64,000 nucleotides of DNA, taken from contig OZ281496.1 of the NCBI GenBank assembly GCA_965637545.1, positions 7,316,001-7,380,000 of the forward strand. The letters run 5' to 3'. Below the pieces are notes generated by a model. It searched no databases. It worked only from the letters and a program-made list of their open reading frames with translations, and had not been told where the DNA came from. Positions 63,801 to 64,000 of this stretch are shown here, in pieces (positions within the stretch are counted from its first letter, which is position 1; each line of letters begins with the position of its first letter). A program made the translations under genes and the position numbers. The DNA is from Phallusia mammillata (lineage: Eukaryota).

Positions 63801-64000
63801 AAGCTGCGTGCGACACCTTGCTTCTGGTTGGTGATTTTTGCAAAAGCGCTAACCGAATCATTTTCAAACCAATTTGCTAATATACAAACATTTTCACCAA
63901 TATCACCCCAATCTGCTCGAGTTGTATTAAGTACTAAAGATGATGAAGTCATGAACTATTTGATGCGACAATCGTTAATACATCTAATGTTTATCATTAA
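60893..64000 (+). pseudogene. Intelectin-like receptor copy E, runs off the window, probably disabled
   Basis: Exons parallel copy D; 11-nt deletion at 61270, A6 vs A7 at 61404, conserved Cys changed to Arg (HSRIQL), T5 vs T6 at 63113; no clear ATG. Confidence 0.7.

Overview
AT-rich eukaryotic (animal) genomic DNA with many short spliceosomal introns; a marine invertebrate chordate such as an ascidian is my inference, not shown. The main content is a tandem cluster of plus-strand multi-exon genes for an unusual intelectin (X-type lectin) homolog: a cytoplasmic N-terminus with Tyr motifs, one type II transmembrane helix, a Thr-rich stalk, and an intelectin domain split by a ~240-aa six-exon insert. 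One copy (17422-22123) assembles by eye into an uninterrupted 17-exon, ~646-aa frame. Three near-full copies carry lesions, and four more are fragments. Three C2H2 zinc-finger genes are interleaved. The rest is a dense transposon landscape: a Penelope-like element with inverted pLTRs and hammerhead ribozymes, further Penelope remnants, a decayed EnSpm/CACTA-type element, a CR1/L2-group LINE with an intact ORF2, a gag-only ORF, hAT-type MITEs, tandem repeats and two assembly gaps. Splice models were built by hand and family calls come from remembered motifs; no database search was run.
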